NCBI GenBank assembly: GCA_964568045.1
Contig: CAZMOL010000001.1
Coordinates: 2,044-55,813, forward strand
Direction: 5' to 3'
Length of the DNA: 53,770 nucleotides
From: an uncultured Thermotogae bacterium
Lineage (GTDB): Bacteria > Bipolaricaulota > Bipolaricaulia > UBA7950 > UBA9294
Part shown: positions 42,375 through 52,022 of the stretch, piece by piece
How the letters are laid out: every line of letters begins with the position of its first letter
How positions within the stretch are numbered: the stretch's first letter is position 1
Made by a program: the position numbers and the translations under genes
Notes under the pieces: model-generated
Databases searched by the model: none
What the model was told of the DNA's origin: nothing
What the model saw: only the letters and a program-made list of their open reading frames with translations

Positions 42375-44555
42375 TTGAGCAGAATACTGTTCGTTTCCAA
42401 CCGGTTGCCGATCAGCGTTCAACGCAGAAAGGGGCGATTGCAGCTTCAGGACAGTGTCGGGGGTCTGGCAACGGGTTTGTCCTCCTTCTACGAAACCTAC
42501 GATAGCCTGTGGATCGGTTGGCCCGGGGTGACGTCAAGCGGGAGCAAAGCAGAGGAAAAACAGGTTAGGGAACAACTCGCTGCCGCAAACTGCCGTCCGA
42601 TCTTCCTGTCTGCTGATGAGATCAGAAATCACTACCACGGGTTCTCCAACAAAACGATTTGGCCGCTCTTTCATTACTTCACACAGTATGCTGTGTACGA
42701 CGACGGGTTTTGGCAAGCCTACCAACAGGTAAACAGGAGCTTTTATGAGGTGCTGATCAAGATTGCTGAGCCGGCGGACACCATTTGGATCCACGATTAT
42801 CATCTCATGCTGCTTCCCCAACTTGTCCGACAGAAGCTTCCAGACGCGAAGATTGGGTTCTTCTTGCACATTCCGTTTCCGTCCTCCGAGATCTTCCGCC
42901 TCATTCCGTGGCGCAAGGAGATCCTCGAAGGGTTGTTAGGTGCGGATCTCATTGGATTTCACACGTATGGTTACGTGCGCCATTTCATCAACAGTGCCCG
43001 GTATCTGCTCGGTCATGAGCACACGATGGGACAACTCGTCGTGGGAGACCGTGTGGTGAAGGTCGATGCGTTTCCGATGGGAATCGACTACGATCGGTTC
43101 TCCGAAGGGGCCTGCGATCGCGCCGTCCAGGAGGAGGCAAGCGACATCCGCGAGAAAGTGGGAAACCGCACGTTGATCTTCTCAATCGATCGTCTCGACT
43201 ACACAAAGGGTATTCTCCAGCGATTGCAGGCGTTCGATCGCTTCTTGGCGTCAAATCCCGAGTTTAAGGAAAGGGTCCATCTCATGTTGGCGGTGACTCC
43301 GTCTCGGACGAAGGTGGAGCATTACTTGGCGCTGAAACGTCAGATTGATGAGCACATCGGCGAAATCAACGGCAAGCACGGGACGATCGGCTGGGTACCT
43401 ATCTGGTATTCGTATCGCACGTTGCCGTTCCGTAGCCTCCTTGCGTGGTACTGTGCCGCTGATGTGGCGTTGATCACCCCGTTGCGGGACGGAATGAATC
43501 TGGTGGCGAAGGAATTCGTTGCGAGCAAGTGCGATGCCAAAGGCGTTCTGGTTCTCAGTGAGGTGGCCGGGGCGGCCGAAGAACTCTCCGAGGCGATCGT
43601 GGTGAATCCGAACGATCAAGAAGACATTGTGGCCGCTTTGAAAGAAGCACTCTCGATGCCTGAGCCAGAGCAGATCGCACGCAATCGGACGATGCAGGAT
43701 CGACTCAAGCGGCACAACGTCATGAAATGGGCGGAGGAGTTCATCGCCGAGCTTGACGCCAGCAAGAGCGTCCAATCCGAGCTTGCTGCGCACCGGGTTA
43801 ACGCGAAAGTCCGGAGCGACCTCATCCGAGCTTTTCGCCGAGGGAAGAACCGATTGTTGCTCTTGGATTACGACGGGACCCTCGTGCCGCTTGTCAAAAC
43901 GCCGGAGAGAGCCAAGCCAGACGCCGGGCTTCTGAGGTTACTTGGAAACCTGTTTGGCCTTAAGAACGCCGAGGTTGTCATCATCAGCGGCAGGGACAAG
44001 GAAACGTTGCAGGAGTGGTTCGCAGATCTGAATGTTGGGCTGATTGCAGAACACGGCGCGTGGATCAAAGCCCCGAAAGCAAAGTGGGCCACCATACAAC
44101 CGTTGAGCGGCCAGTGGAAAGCGGAGCTTGCGCCGACTCTCAGGCACTACGTGGACCGAACGCCGGGCTCCTTTGTCGAAGAGAAGGATTTTTCGCTGGT
44201 GTGGCACTATCGACGCGTCGATCCCGCGCTGGCAGAGCGACGTTTGTCCGAACTGAAAGATACCTTGCTCCAGCTTGCTCCCGCGTATAACCTCGGAGTG
44301 CTGGAAGGGAACAAGATCATCGAAATCAAGAACTCCGGAGTCGATAAGGGTCAAGCTGCGCTCAAGTGGCTTGCCAGGAGCAAGTGGGACTTCATCTTGG
44401 CCATCGGAGATGATCGCACCGATGAGGATCTTTTTGGGATCTTGCCGCAAGGCGCATACTCCATTCGCGTGGGGGTAAGACCCTCGCAGGCAAGATTCAA
44501 TGTGGGCACTCCCAAAGATGTGCGCACGCTCCTGCAGGAGTTGAGCACTGGGTAA
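42375..44555 (+). CDS. bifunctional trehalose-6-phosphate synthase (GT20) / trehalose-6-phosphate phosphatase fusion
   Basis: The N-terminal approximately 470 aa is OtsA-like (LFVSNRLP, WIHDYHLMLLP, LRDGMNLVAKEF). The C-terminal HAD phosphatase is OtsB-like (LLLDYDGTL...GDDRTDEDLF). Confidence 0.9.
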   Translation: MSRILFVSNRLPISVQRRKGRLQLQDSVGGLATGLSSFYETYDSLWIGWPGVTSSGSKAEEKQVREQLAAANCRPIFLSADEIRNHYHGFSNKTIWPLFHYFTQYAVYDDGFWQAYQQVNRSFYEVLIKIAEPADTIWIHDYHLMLLPQLVRQKLPDAKIGFFLHIPFPSSEIFRLIPWRKEILEGLLGADLIGFHTYGYVRHFINSARYLLGHEHTMGQLVVGDRVVKVDAFPMGIDYDRFSEGACDRAVQEEASDIREKVGNRTLIFSIDRLDYTKGILQRLQAFDRFLASNPEFKERVHLMLAVTPSRTKVEHYLALKRQIDEHIGEINGKHGTIGWVPIWYSYRTLPFRSLLAWYCAADVALITPLRDGMNLVAKEFVASKCDAKGVLVLSEVAGAAEELSEAIVVNPNDQEDIVAALKEALSMPEPEQIARNRTMQDRLKRHNVMKWAEEFIAELDASKSVQSELAAHRVNAKVRSDLIRAFRRGKNRLLLLDYDGTLVPLVKTPERAKPDAGLLRLLGNLFGLKNAEVVIISGRDKETLQEWFADLNVGLIAEHGAWIKAPKAKWATIQPLSGQWKAELAPTLRHYVDRTPGSFVEEKDFSLVWHYRRVDPALAERRLSELKDTLLQLAPAYNLGVLEGNKIIEIKNSGVDKGQAALKWLARSKWDFILAIGDDRTDEDLFGILPQGAYSIRVGVRPSQARFNVGTPKDVRTLLQELSTG

Positions 44556-44586
44556 GTGAGGACGGCTCGGGGCTTCGCTGGGAGCG

Positions 44587-46059
44587 TCACCGGCGTGTTC
44601 TGTCTTCCAAACCCAGCTCACGGTGCAAGAAGCGCACCGTGCCTGCGACCTCATCCTGCGGGATGCAGAAAGAAACGCTATCCTCAGTCGTAGCCTGAGC
44701 CACCGCGATCACCCGCACTCCGTGCTTTCCCAACGCCGCAAACGCACAAGAGGCAATGCCTGCCTTGTTCCAGCCGGGAACACCGATAACGGAGACCATC
44801 GCGACCTTCTCCCTGGTTCCAAGGGCGCATCCGTCCTCCACCAATTGAGGTGTCGGCATCCCCGAAGGCTGACTTGAGATCGGGGTTTCCGGCAGTGCCC
44901 ACGACGGACGGTCGGCGAACTCGCGCGAGAGAACCCTCAGGCAATGTGCTTGGTCCTGTTCCCGGACGACCAAGTTGAGGCTTTGCTCGGAGTACGACTG
45001 GGAGAACATCAGCACGGTTAGGCCGGCTTCATTGAGCCGCTGCAGGGAACGGATGGCCATTTGCAGTCTCACTCTCTCGGCTTGACTGCCTACCGTGATC
45101 AGGCTCAAGCCCGTGGCAGAGACTATGGCCGGCAACAACACTCGATCCGGACTGGGAGTCTTGACGACCAAGGTGCCCGGATCGGTGGGGTTGAAGCTGT
45201 TGAGGATGCGCAACGGGATGCTGTTGGCGATGACCGGTCGAATTGTCCTGGGGTGGAGAACCTCCGCACCGAACCGAGCAAGGTTGGTCGCTTCAGTGTA
45301 GGAGAGCTCTCTCAGTGGTCGGGCCTGGGGCACGATGTTGGGGTCAGCGGTGAGGATTCCGTCCACATCCGTCCAGATCCATACTTCATCGGCGCCAAGA
45401 CACGCCGCTATGATGGTGGCGGAGTAGTCACTCCCGCTGCGACCAAGGGTCGTCGGCACTCCCTGTTCGGTTGCAGCGATGTAACCGGTAATGACGGGAA
45501 TTACTCCACGAGCGAGCAATGGCCCAACTTGTTGCTTGAGCCGCTGTTGTGTTGGCTCAAGAAGCGGCGTGGCGCTTCCGAAACTGTCATCGGTGACGAT
45601 CAATTCAGTCGCGCGGACGGCCTGTGCTCGGAGGCCGCGTCTTCGCAACACAGCCGCCAGAATGCTGGCCGAGAGTTGCTCCCCAAAGCATACCACCGCG
45701 TCGTTGACACGGGCGGTCAGCTCTCCCAGCACGGAGATGCTGGTATAGAGACGCTCCAGCGCCTCCAGGCGCTCTTCAATGAAGGCGCAGATTCCGTCAC
45801 TCTGCGGGCCATCGTCCAGGAGGGTCTCTACCACATCGAGATGCTCACGGTGTACCCGGGTCTTGATCTCGCGGAATGTAGCATCTTTTCCCTCTGCCGC
45901 AGCCCGCGCCCCGCTGATCAACTGGGCGGTCACGCCGCTCATCGCCGAGACAACGATTACAGTTTCCCTCGAATTTTGTTGTTCGGTGACGATATCGGCC
46001 ACACCGGCAAGGCAATTCGCGTCTGCAACGGATGTGCCGCCGAACTTCTGTACGATCAT
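44587..46059 (-). CDS. aspartate kinase
   Basis: MIVQKFGGTSVA with amino-acid kinase fold motifs and C-terminal ACT repeats. 490 aa, longer than common monofunctional enzymes. Confidence 0.9.
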   Translation of the reverse strand: MIVQKFGGTSVADANCLAGVADIVTEQQNSRETVIVVSAMSGVTAQLISGARAAAEGKDATFREIKTRVHREHLDVVETLLDDGPQSDGICAFIEERLEALERLYTSISVLGELTARVNDAVVCFGEQLSASILAAVLRRRGLRAQAVRATELIVTDDSFGSATPLLEPTQQRLKQQVGPLLARGVIPVITGYIAATEQGVPTTLGRSGSDYSATIIAACLGADEVWIWTDVDGILTADPNIVPQARPLRELSYTEATNLARFGAEVLHPRTIRPVIANSIPLRILNSFNPTDPGTLVVKTPSPDRVLLPAIVSATGLSLITVGSQAERVRLQMAIRSLQRLNEAGLTVLMFSQSYSEQSLNLVVREQDQAHCLRVLSREFADRPSWALPETPISSQPSGMPTPQLVEDGCALGTREKVAMVSVIGVPGWNKAGIASCAFAALGKHGVRVIAVAQATTEDSVSFCIPQDEVAGTVRFLHRELGLEDRTRR

Positions 46060-46080
46060 CGGTCCCTCCCTGTGATTAAG

Positions 46081-47262
46081 CTACATTCCCGTCAGTGCCT
46101 GTTCCAGATCGGCGATGATATCGCGAGCGTCTTCGATGCCCACGGCGTAGCGGACCAAGTTGTCCTCGATCCCCGCTTCACGCCGCTTGTTGGGGTCCAG
46201 GGAAACGAAGATCGCCGGTTGTTGAGCGATAGACTCGACCCCGCCCAGTGTAGGACCGATGTATGGCAAGCGCAGGCCATCGATGAACTTTCCTGTCTTC
46301 TCCGCGTCGCCATCGATCTCGAAGCTGACGACACCGCCGAATCCGTTCATTTGGCGCCGCGCAATCTCGTAGTCGGGGTGACTGGAAAGGCCCGGGTAGT
46401 ACACGCGGCGGACGGACGGGTGCTCCTCCAGGAATTGGGCGAGCTGTAGCGCGCTCTCGTTCTGGCGACGAACGCGCAACTCGAGGGTCTTCATCCCGCG
46501 GAGCAGCAGATACGCGTCGTGGGGGCTGCTTATGCCACCCAATACCCCCCGTGCCTCCTTGATCTTGGTCAGGGTCTCGCTGGTCCCGACGACGGCTCCG
46601 GCCAACAGGTCGTTGTGGCCGCCCAAGTACTTGGTTGCACTATGGATCACCAGATCCAAGCCGAACTCCAGTGGTCGCAGATTGATCGGCGTGGCGAAGG
46701 TGCTGTCAATCGCCGTCGTTATGTTGTGCTGCTTGGCGAGCTCGATCATTCTCGGTAGGTCCATCACACGTAGGTAGGGATTGGTCGGTGTCTCGGCAAA
46801 GATCAGGCGCGTGTGGGGACAAATGGCACAAGCCAGCTCGGCCGGCTTCTCGGCTGGCACAAGGGTCACCTCGATTCCCCATCGGGGCAGGAAGTTGAGG
46901 GCAAGATCTCGTGTGCGGCGGTAGCAGTTGCGAACCATCACTACGTGATCGCCTGCGGATAGCAGGGCCAGTATCGCAGTTGTGATGGCGCACATCCCAC
47001 TAGCAAAAAGCAACGCTTGTTCGCCGCCTTCTAGCTCGGCGATCTTGCGCTCTGCTACGGTTTGTGTCGGGTTACTGTAGCGGCCGTACTCCTCACGGTT
47101 CTCCGGATCGTTAGTGGCCTTGCGGCGCATGTAATTCAGAACCTCTGCAGTATTCTCGAATGTATAGGTTGAGGTCTGGACAATGGGGGTGGTTAGCGCA
47201 CCGTAGGGCTTGCGCTTTTCCTCTCCCGCGTGGACGGCTCTTGTCGAGGCATGATCAGTCAT
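46081..47262 (-). CDS. Cys/Met-metabolism PLP-dependent enzyme (cystathionine gamma-synthase / O-acylhomoserine sulfhydrylase type)
   Basis: TPIVQTSTY and HSATKYLGGHNDL (PLP lysine context). 393 aa. RBS AAGGAGG. Confidence 0.9.
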   Translation of the reverse strand: MTDHASTRAVHAGEEKRKPYGALTTPIVQTSTYTFENTAEVLNYMRRKATNDPENREEYGRYSNPTQTVAERKIAELEGGEQALLFASGMCAITTAILALLSAGDHVVMVRNCYRRTRDLALNFLPRWGIEVTLVPAEKPAELACAICPHTRLIFAETPTNPYLRVMDLPRMIELAKQHNITTAIDSTFATPINLRPLEFGLDLVIHSATKYLGGHNDLLAGAVVGTSETLTKIKEARGVLGGISSPHDAYLLLRGMKTLELRVRRQNESALQLAQFLEEHPSVRRVYYPGLSSHPDYEIARRQMNGFGGVVSFEIDGDAEKTGKFIDGLRLPYIGPTLGGVESIAQQPAIFVSLDPNKRREAGIEDNLVRYAVGIEDARDIIADLEQALTGM

Positions 47263-47320
47263 GGTTGTCCTCCTTGGCTCCGTTCATTTCACTGTGGCGC
47301 TCGCGTTCCTTTCTCGATCC

Positions 47321-47354
47321 AAAAAAACAAAGACCGCAGGAAATTCCTGCAGTC
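47321..47354 (-). terminator. intrinsic terminator inside the 5' leader of the Met/Asp-kinase operon (attenuator)
   Basis: Minus-strand RNA reads GACUGCAGG-AAUUU-CCUGCGGUC (9-bp stem with one G.U pair) followed by UUUGUUUUUUU. It lies 59 nt upstream of the ATG at 47262. Confidence 0.6.
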
Positions 47355-47506
47355 TGCATCCGCCGCCTTGTCCTCTAGCCCGATTGGCTATTGGAACAAA
47401 GCGGTCACGACATCATCATGCTGAATGCGGAGCAAAGGGAGCCAGGGAGGCCTATCATTTCATTGAACCTTCTCACGGTCCCCTTTACCCGATTCATAGC
47501 ATCACT

Positions 47507-47534
47507 ACTATACCAAGTGCTAGGGTTCAAGTAA
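47507..47534 (-). promoter_or_regulatory. candidate promoter of the Met/Asp-kinase leader
   Basis: Minus strand reads TTACTT (47534..47529), a 16-nt spacer, then TATAGT (47512..47507). This implies a leader of about 240 nt. Confidence 0.35.
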
Positions 47535-47645
47535 AGGCAATTGGTTTGGCATGTCTGGCTACTTGGCGAGTACCGGCACGAAGTCGCGTATACTCTGACC
47601 AGTACAGAGGCAACAGATCAGACGCCACTTACCATAGGGGGATCC

Positions 47646-48815
47646 ATGTCGTTTACGCAGCGCGTTCGCCATCTGCGGGAAGAAGGCGCCTACGTGGTGC
47701 TGAGCAAGGCCCAGCAATTGGAGCGGCAGGGCCGCGATATTATTCATCTGGAGATCGGTCAGCCCGATTTCGCTACGTTCTCCAATGTTGCAGCGGCAGG
47801 GATTCGCGCGATCGAGAACGGCAAGACCCGCTACACGCTTCCCGCGGGTCTGCTCGAACTGCGTGAAACCGTTGCCGAGTACGTCGCAAGTTCTCGAGGC
47901 ATTGCGGTGGAACCCGAGGAAGTGATCATCGCCCCAGGGTCGAAGCCGCTTCTCTTCTTTCCCGCATTGGCCCTGGTTGAGCCTGGGGATGAGGTCCTCT
48001 ACCCAAATCCGGGATTTCCTACCTACGAGGCGATGATCCGGGTGGCCGGCGGAAAGCCGGTCCCGGTTCCGTTGTGCGAGGAGAAGGGGTTTAGCCTCGA
48101 TGTTCAAGCGGTACGTGAGTTGGTAACCGATCGAACACGGATGATCATCCTCAATTCTCCCGGCAATCCCACCGGCGGTGTCATGCCGGTCTCTGACCTT
48201 GAGTGCATTGCCGCTCTTGCCGGCGAGCACGATTGCTGGGTCCTGTCCGATGAAATCTATTCGCGGTTGATCTACGACGGGTCGACGTTCACCAGCATAG
48301 CGAGCCTTGACGGCATGAGGACTCGAACGATTCTCGTGGATGGGTTCTCCAAGACCTACGCCATGACCGGCTGGCGCCTCGGGTACGCCGTGATGCCGAA
48401 GGAGTTGGCCGGGCGGGTCTCTCTCTTGCTGACCCACTCCGTTGGCTGTACTGCCTGCTTCACCCAATACGCCGGGATCGAGGCCATGACCGGACCGCAG
48501 GATCAGGTGGAACGTGTACGACAGGAGTACCAGCGACGTCGGGACGTCATCGTCGCTGGGCTGCAGGAGATCCCGGGAATCAGCTGCCAGAAGCCGGGTG
48601 GTGCGTTCTACGCCTTTCCCAACGTGACGGCTTTGGGAAAGCCGGTCGATGAGCTGGCCGACTACCTGTTGGAGGAAGCCGATGTGGCGGTTCTCCCCGG
48701 CACGGCATTTGGGAGCCTGGGGGAGGGGTATCTGCGCATCAGCTACGCCAATTCACTCTCCAATATCCAGCGGGCACTCGAACAGATCCGCCAAGCACTA
48801 AGCCGTCTGTCGTAG
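47646..48815 (+). CDS. pyridoxal-phosphate-dependent aminotransferase, class I (aspartate aminotransferase-like)
   Basis: IIHLEIGQPDF, NSPGNPTG and SFSKTYAMTGWRLGY (PLP lysine). Start set to ATG 47646, preceded by AGGGGGA. Confidence 0.9.
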   Translation: MSFTQRVRHLREEGAYVVLSKAQQLERQGRDIIHLEIGQPDFATFSNVAAAGIRAIENGKTRYTLPAGLLELRETVAEYVASSRGIAVEPEEVIIAPGSKPLLFFPALALVEPGDEVLYPNPGFPTYEAMIRVAGGKPVPVPLCEEKGFSLDVQAVRELVTDRTRMIILNSPGNPTGGVMPVSDLECIAALAGEHDCWVLSDEIYSRLIYDGSTFTSIASLDGMRTRTILVDGFSKTYAMTGWRLGYAVMPKELAGRVSLLLTHSVGCTACFTQYAGIEAMTGPQDQVERVRQEYQRRRDVIVAGLQEIPGISCQKPGGAFYAFPNVTALGKPVDELADYLLEEADVAVLPGTAFGSLGEGYLRISYANSLSNIQRALEQIRQALSRLS

Positions 48816-49055
48816 GTGTAGCAACAGCTGCTCATTCGTTGGGTTTTCTTCTTGTTTGGCGGCCTTCAGGTTTGCGTTTGTGATTGCGACACGTCACCCG
48901 AAGAACCTGTTGTCGCCTGACAACCAAGAGATGACTCCGACTCACCGGGCAAGATGACGCAGCGACCATCTTCAAAGGAGGTACCTTGAGAAGCTCGCCT
49001 TGACAAACCGTGCGCTTCCAGGGATGTCCCTCGATTTGCGCGGACGTCAGGGTAC

Positions 49056-49826
49056 GTGTTCCCCGAACTCTTCGGAAGTATACTAGAGGACGTACTAGCA
49101 CAGGGGATCATGTGTAGAGACCGAATTGTGCTGTTCTCTGGGGGATTGGGGTCGTTCGAGGTTGCCCGTCGCGTGCTAGCCCGGATTCCTGAGTCGCGAG
49201 TAAGGCTCTGGTTCTTCGACACCCTTATCGAGGACCATGACCTCTACCGCTTTCTCACTGATGCAGAAATCCTCCTTGGCAAGGCTGTCGAGCGTTACAC
49301 CGACGGTCGCAATCCTTGGGAGGTCTTCCGCGACAAGCGCTTCATCGGGAACACCAGAGTCTGCCCCTGTAACTGGGTGCTGAAGATCCAGATGCTTAGG
49401 AGACTCCTGCGTCAGAGCTATCCATCCGGAGATGCAGTGCTCTGCTTCGGTCTTGGCGAATCGGAAGGACGACGGATCACCTCAGTATCGGTGAGGTGGA
49501 AGGCTCAAGGCTATGATTGCGAGTTTCCTCTTGTCGGCGAGGTTTACCCCCCGGCACCGAGTGTGCACACCCCGAAGCGGCCAAGGCTGTACGAGCTGGG
49601 TTTCTCACATAACAACTGCGGAGGGGCTTGTGTGAAAGCGGGGATTCGCCAATGGACTCAGCTTCTTCGGGTTTTCCCAGAGAGGTATCGCTGGCACGAG
49701 GAACAGGAAGAGCAAACCCGCTTGGCCATTGGTAAGGACATCGCCATACTCAGAGATCGCACAGGAGGCTCAACGAAACCTCTGACGCTTCGGGAACTGC
49801 GCACGCGGATCGAGTGGTCCAGCTAG
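49056..49826 (+). CDS. PAPS reductase-like PP-loop ATP pyrophosphatase family protein
   Basis: PP-loop VLFSGGLGS near the N-terminus, CPCNWVLK and GFSHNNCGGACVKAG motifs typical of the PAPS reductase/DndC-like superfamily. Alternative start at ATG 49110. Confidence 0.7.
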   Translation: MFPELFGSILEDVLAQGIMCRDRIVLFSGGLGSFEVARRVLARIPESRVRLWFFDTLIEDHDLYRFLTDAEILLGKAVERYTDGRNPWEVFRDKRFIGNTRVCPCNWVLKIQMLRRLLRQSYPSGDAVLCFGLGESEGRRITSVSVRWKAQGYDCEFPLVGEVYPPAPSVHTPKRPRLYELGFSHNNCGGACVKAGIRQWTQLLRVFPERYRWHEEQEEQTRLAIGKDIAILRDRTGGSTKPLTLRELRTRIEWSS

Positions 49827-49905
49827 CGTTGCACAAGTCCACTCGCTTGGCTCGATCAGGCTCCGATGATACTGTTGTGATGGACACAGCTATGAGGAGG
49901 AAACG

Positions 49906-50574
49906 ATGGACGGGACTCCGGACTCGGAGTGGATCAAAGCGTTTTACGGTAGGGTCACAAGCGAGTTCGCGCTTGCGCGCAACAGCCTTCATGCAACTCA
50001 TAACTGGGCGACAACCCTAGCGACTGGTGCTGTGATCGCCTCGATTGGCGTGGCTGGCAAAGGAGCTTTCCCCACAGAGAATGCAGTTATGGCTTTAGCA
50101 GTGTCGATTCCGCTGCTGTTCCGGTTCTTCGTCAGGTCATGCCTCGAGTGCTCAATCCAACACCGGTGGATTCAGATTAGGAATGCACTTGACTGGTACC
50201 TCTCGACGCAGGGCTGGTCTGAGGAGGCACGAAAACCGTACCTCGTCTACCTAAGGCAGTCTGTAAGCACTTACTACTACAGGTTCCGCAGCCCCAAACG
50301 TGTCTCGGAAGTTGTGAAGGAGAATCTGAATCTCATCTACTTCTGGCCCTTCGCGTTGCTAGGCGGCATGCTTGCATGGGGCGTAGTGGATCTGCTTCTC
50401 GCTTCGGCGAGGCACCGGGGCTTGTGGCCCGCCGCCGCGTGGGCATTCCAGAAGCCTGTAGGATGGGTTCTCGTCGCAAGTATCCTCTTCACTGTTGTTG
50501 AAGCGTTCAGGATACCACGGATCTCCGTACTCAAACACGAGCTTGTGGGGTGTCCAGACCCGCCGGCCATCTAG
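49906..50574 (+). CDS. hypothetical membrane protein (about 4 TM)
   Basis: 222 aa with strong RBS GAGGAGG and four hydrophobic segments. 79 nt downstream of the PP-loop gene on the same strand. No family recognised. Confidence 0.5.
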   Translation: MDGTPDSEWIKAFYGRVTSEFALARNSLHATHNWATTLATGAVIASIGVAGKGAFPTENAVMALAVSIPLLFRFFVRSCLECSIQHRWIQIRNALDWYLSTQGWSEEARKPYLVYLRQSVSTYYYRFRSPKRVSEVVKENLNLIYFWPFALLGGMLAWGVVDLLLASARHRGLWPAAAWAFQKPVGWVLVASILFTVVEAFRIPRISVLKHELVGCPDPPAI

Positions 50575-50742
50575 CTGTTGAGCAACAAGCAGGAGCACCA
50601 ATGGGGTTAGGTCCTGCAATCCAGCATGAGCGTTGATAGATGGAGCTCATGGCTCGACCGTTGCGGATCGAATACTCCAGGCGCGCTGGACCACTCTCTC
50701 TGATGGTTTCGCTGGTCAACTGCTGATCCCCTACATGAGCTA

Positions 50743-51660
50743 CTATGCCCACAAGTCTTCCGGATAGATACCCCGGGCGATTAGATGCCTTATTCCCTGC
50801 TGCGCTGTTTTCCGGTCCTCGGGATAGGTTACGCCTAGCCATTGTTCGGAGGTTGGAATCACCGTGATGCGTGCTGTGTCTTCTTGGACCAAATCGCCGA
50901 CCACTTTGGGCAGGAGATACTCGCCTGTCTCGAGCGTTTGACTGTCCCCGCCCAGGAATTGGCGGAATCGCGCGTCCAATTCTGCAAACAGCGAGGGGCT
51001 AAATCCCCACATATTCATCGATACGACAGTTCCTAGGGGAATATCGAGCCAGTGCTCACCGTCATCCGACGCCTTTACAGTCTTCTCGAATCGCTGCACG
51101 TTTGTTCGTTCGTCTATCCGGACGAGTGAGCCGTCTGGATTTACCTCGCACACCCCGCGTGTTACCGATCCGTGGTCGGTTAGGGTGTTCTCGACGGGGT
51201 AGCCGATGGCGCAGCCCCGAATTCCCTTCTTTTCTTCCACGCCTTCGAGGAACTCTGCCAGTTGCCGAAACGAGCTGCGGCCATAGAAATCGTCTGCGTT
51301 GATTACCCCAAACGGAGCGTCGGCCATGTCGCGGCAGATCAGGACCGCATGCGCCGTGCCCCACGGTTTCTGCCGATTGCGGGGGACGCCGAACCCCTCA
51401 GGGATACTCTCCATTTCCTGATAGGCGTAGCGCGTGTCGCAGTGCCGCTCAATTGTCTGGCCAACTTTCTGACGAAACGTGGCCTCAATGTCTCGCCGGA
51501 TGACGAAGACCAGCGTCTCAAATCCCGCGGCGAGGGCATCGTAGACAGAATAGTCGAGGAGGATCTCGCCGTTTGGTCCAATCGGTTCGATCTGTTTCAG
51601 GCCGCCGTAGCGGCGGCCGATCCCTGCAGCCAGGACGATCAATGTCGGTGGTCTAGACAT
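50743..51660 (-). CDS. sugar-phosphate nucleotidyltransferase family protein
   Basis: N-terminal LIVLAAGIGRRYGGLKQ (GxGxR nucleotide-binding loop of the NTP_transferase fold). 305 aa. Confidence 0.8.
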   Translation of the reverse strand: MSRPPTLIVLAAGIGRRYGGLKQIEPIGPNGEILLDYSVYDALAAGFETLVFVIRRDIEATFRQKVGQTIERHCDTRYAYQEMESIPEGFGVPRNRQKPWGTAHAVLICRDMADAPFGVINADDFYGRSSFRQLAEFLEGVEEKKGIRGCAIGYPVENTLTDHGSVTRGVCEVNPDGSLVRIDERTNVQRFEKTVKASDDGEHWLDIPLGTVVSMNMWGFSPSLFAELDARFRQFLGGDSQTLETGEYLLPKVVGDLVQEDTARITVIPTSEQWLGVTYPEDRKTAQQGIRHLIARGIYPEDLWA

Positions 51661-52022
51661 CCCTCCTCCTTGGAGCCACTTGCTCTACGACGGCGAAGGT
51701 GCACCTAAATAAGAGCCGTCTGACAGAAATGAGGTCCGTCCTGGAATCTGAGAAGCCAGGATTTGCTGATCCCTTTTCTGGATCGCTGATCGCACACGCA
51801 TTCCCTGTCAAGATGCCCTCGCATCAAGCCGTTGTGTACTGGAGGATACCTATTCCGATTTGCAGTGGCAAAACACGTGCACGTCTGACACAGCAATTCG
51901 CTCTCTTGTACGAAAACCGGAGAGCGCATGAGGCATCATTACAACTATTCGAAACTGCTGGGAGACAGATGGTGGGCCCAGAATGCCCACAGTATCGGAT
52001 CAGCCTCAATGAACAGATGGTT

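Noticed and set aside
45061-46449. 462-aa plus-strand ORF across aspartate kinase and the Met-pathway gene
   Set aside because: It is antisense to two genes with clear family motifs and spans their intergenic gap, which real genes would not do. Low-complexity Arg/Gly-rich translation.
47355-47500. Calling the Met-operon leader a SAM-I riboswitch
   Set aside because: The SAM-I hallmarks (AGAG.GG.GGAGGGA, GCAACC, GGUGC.AA.UCC) are not recognisable by eye. I left it as an unclassified attenuator.
47559-48467. 302-aa minus-strand ORF inside the aminotransferase gene. Similar shadows occur at 7826..8692, 16903..17679, 22668..23480, 36631..37401 and 43938..44654.
   Set aside because: All are antisense to confidently assigned genes, lack RBSs and have shadow-ORF composition.
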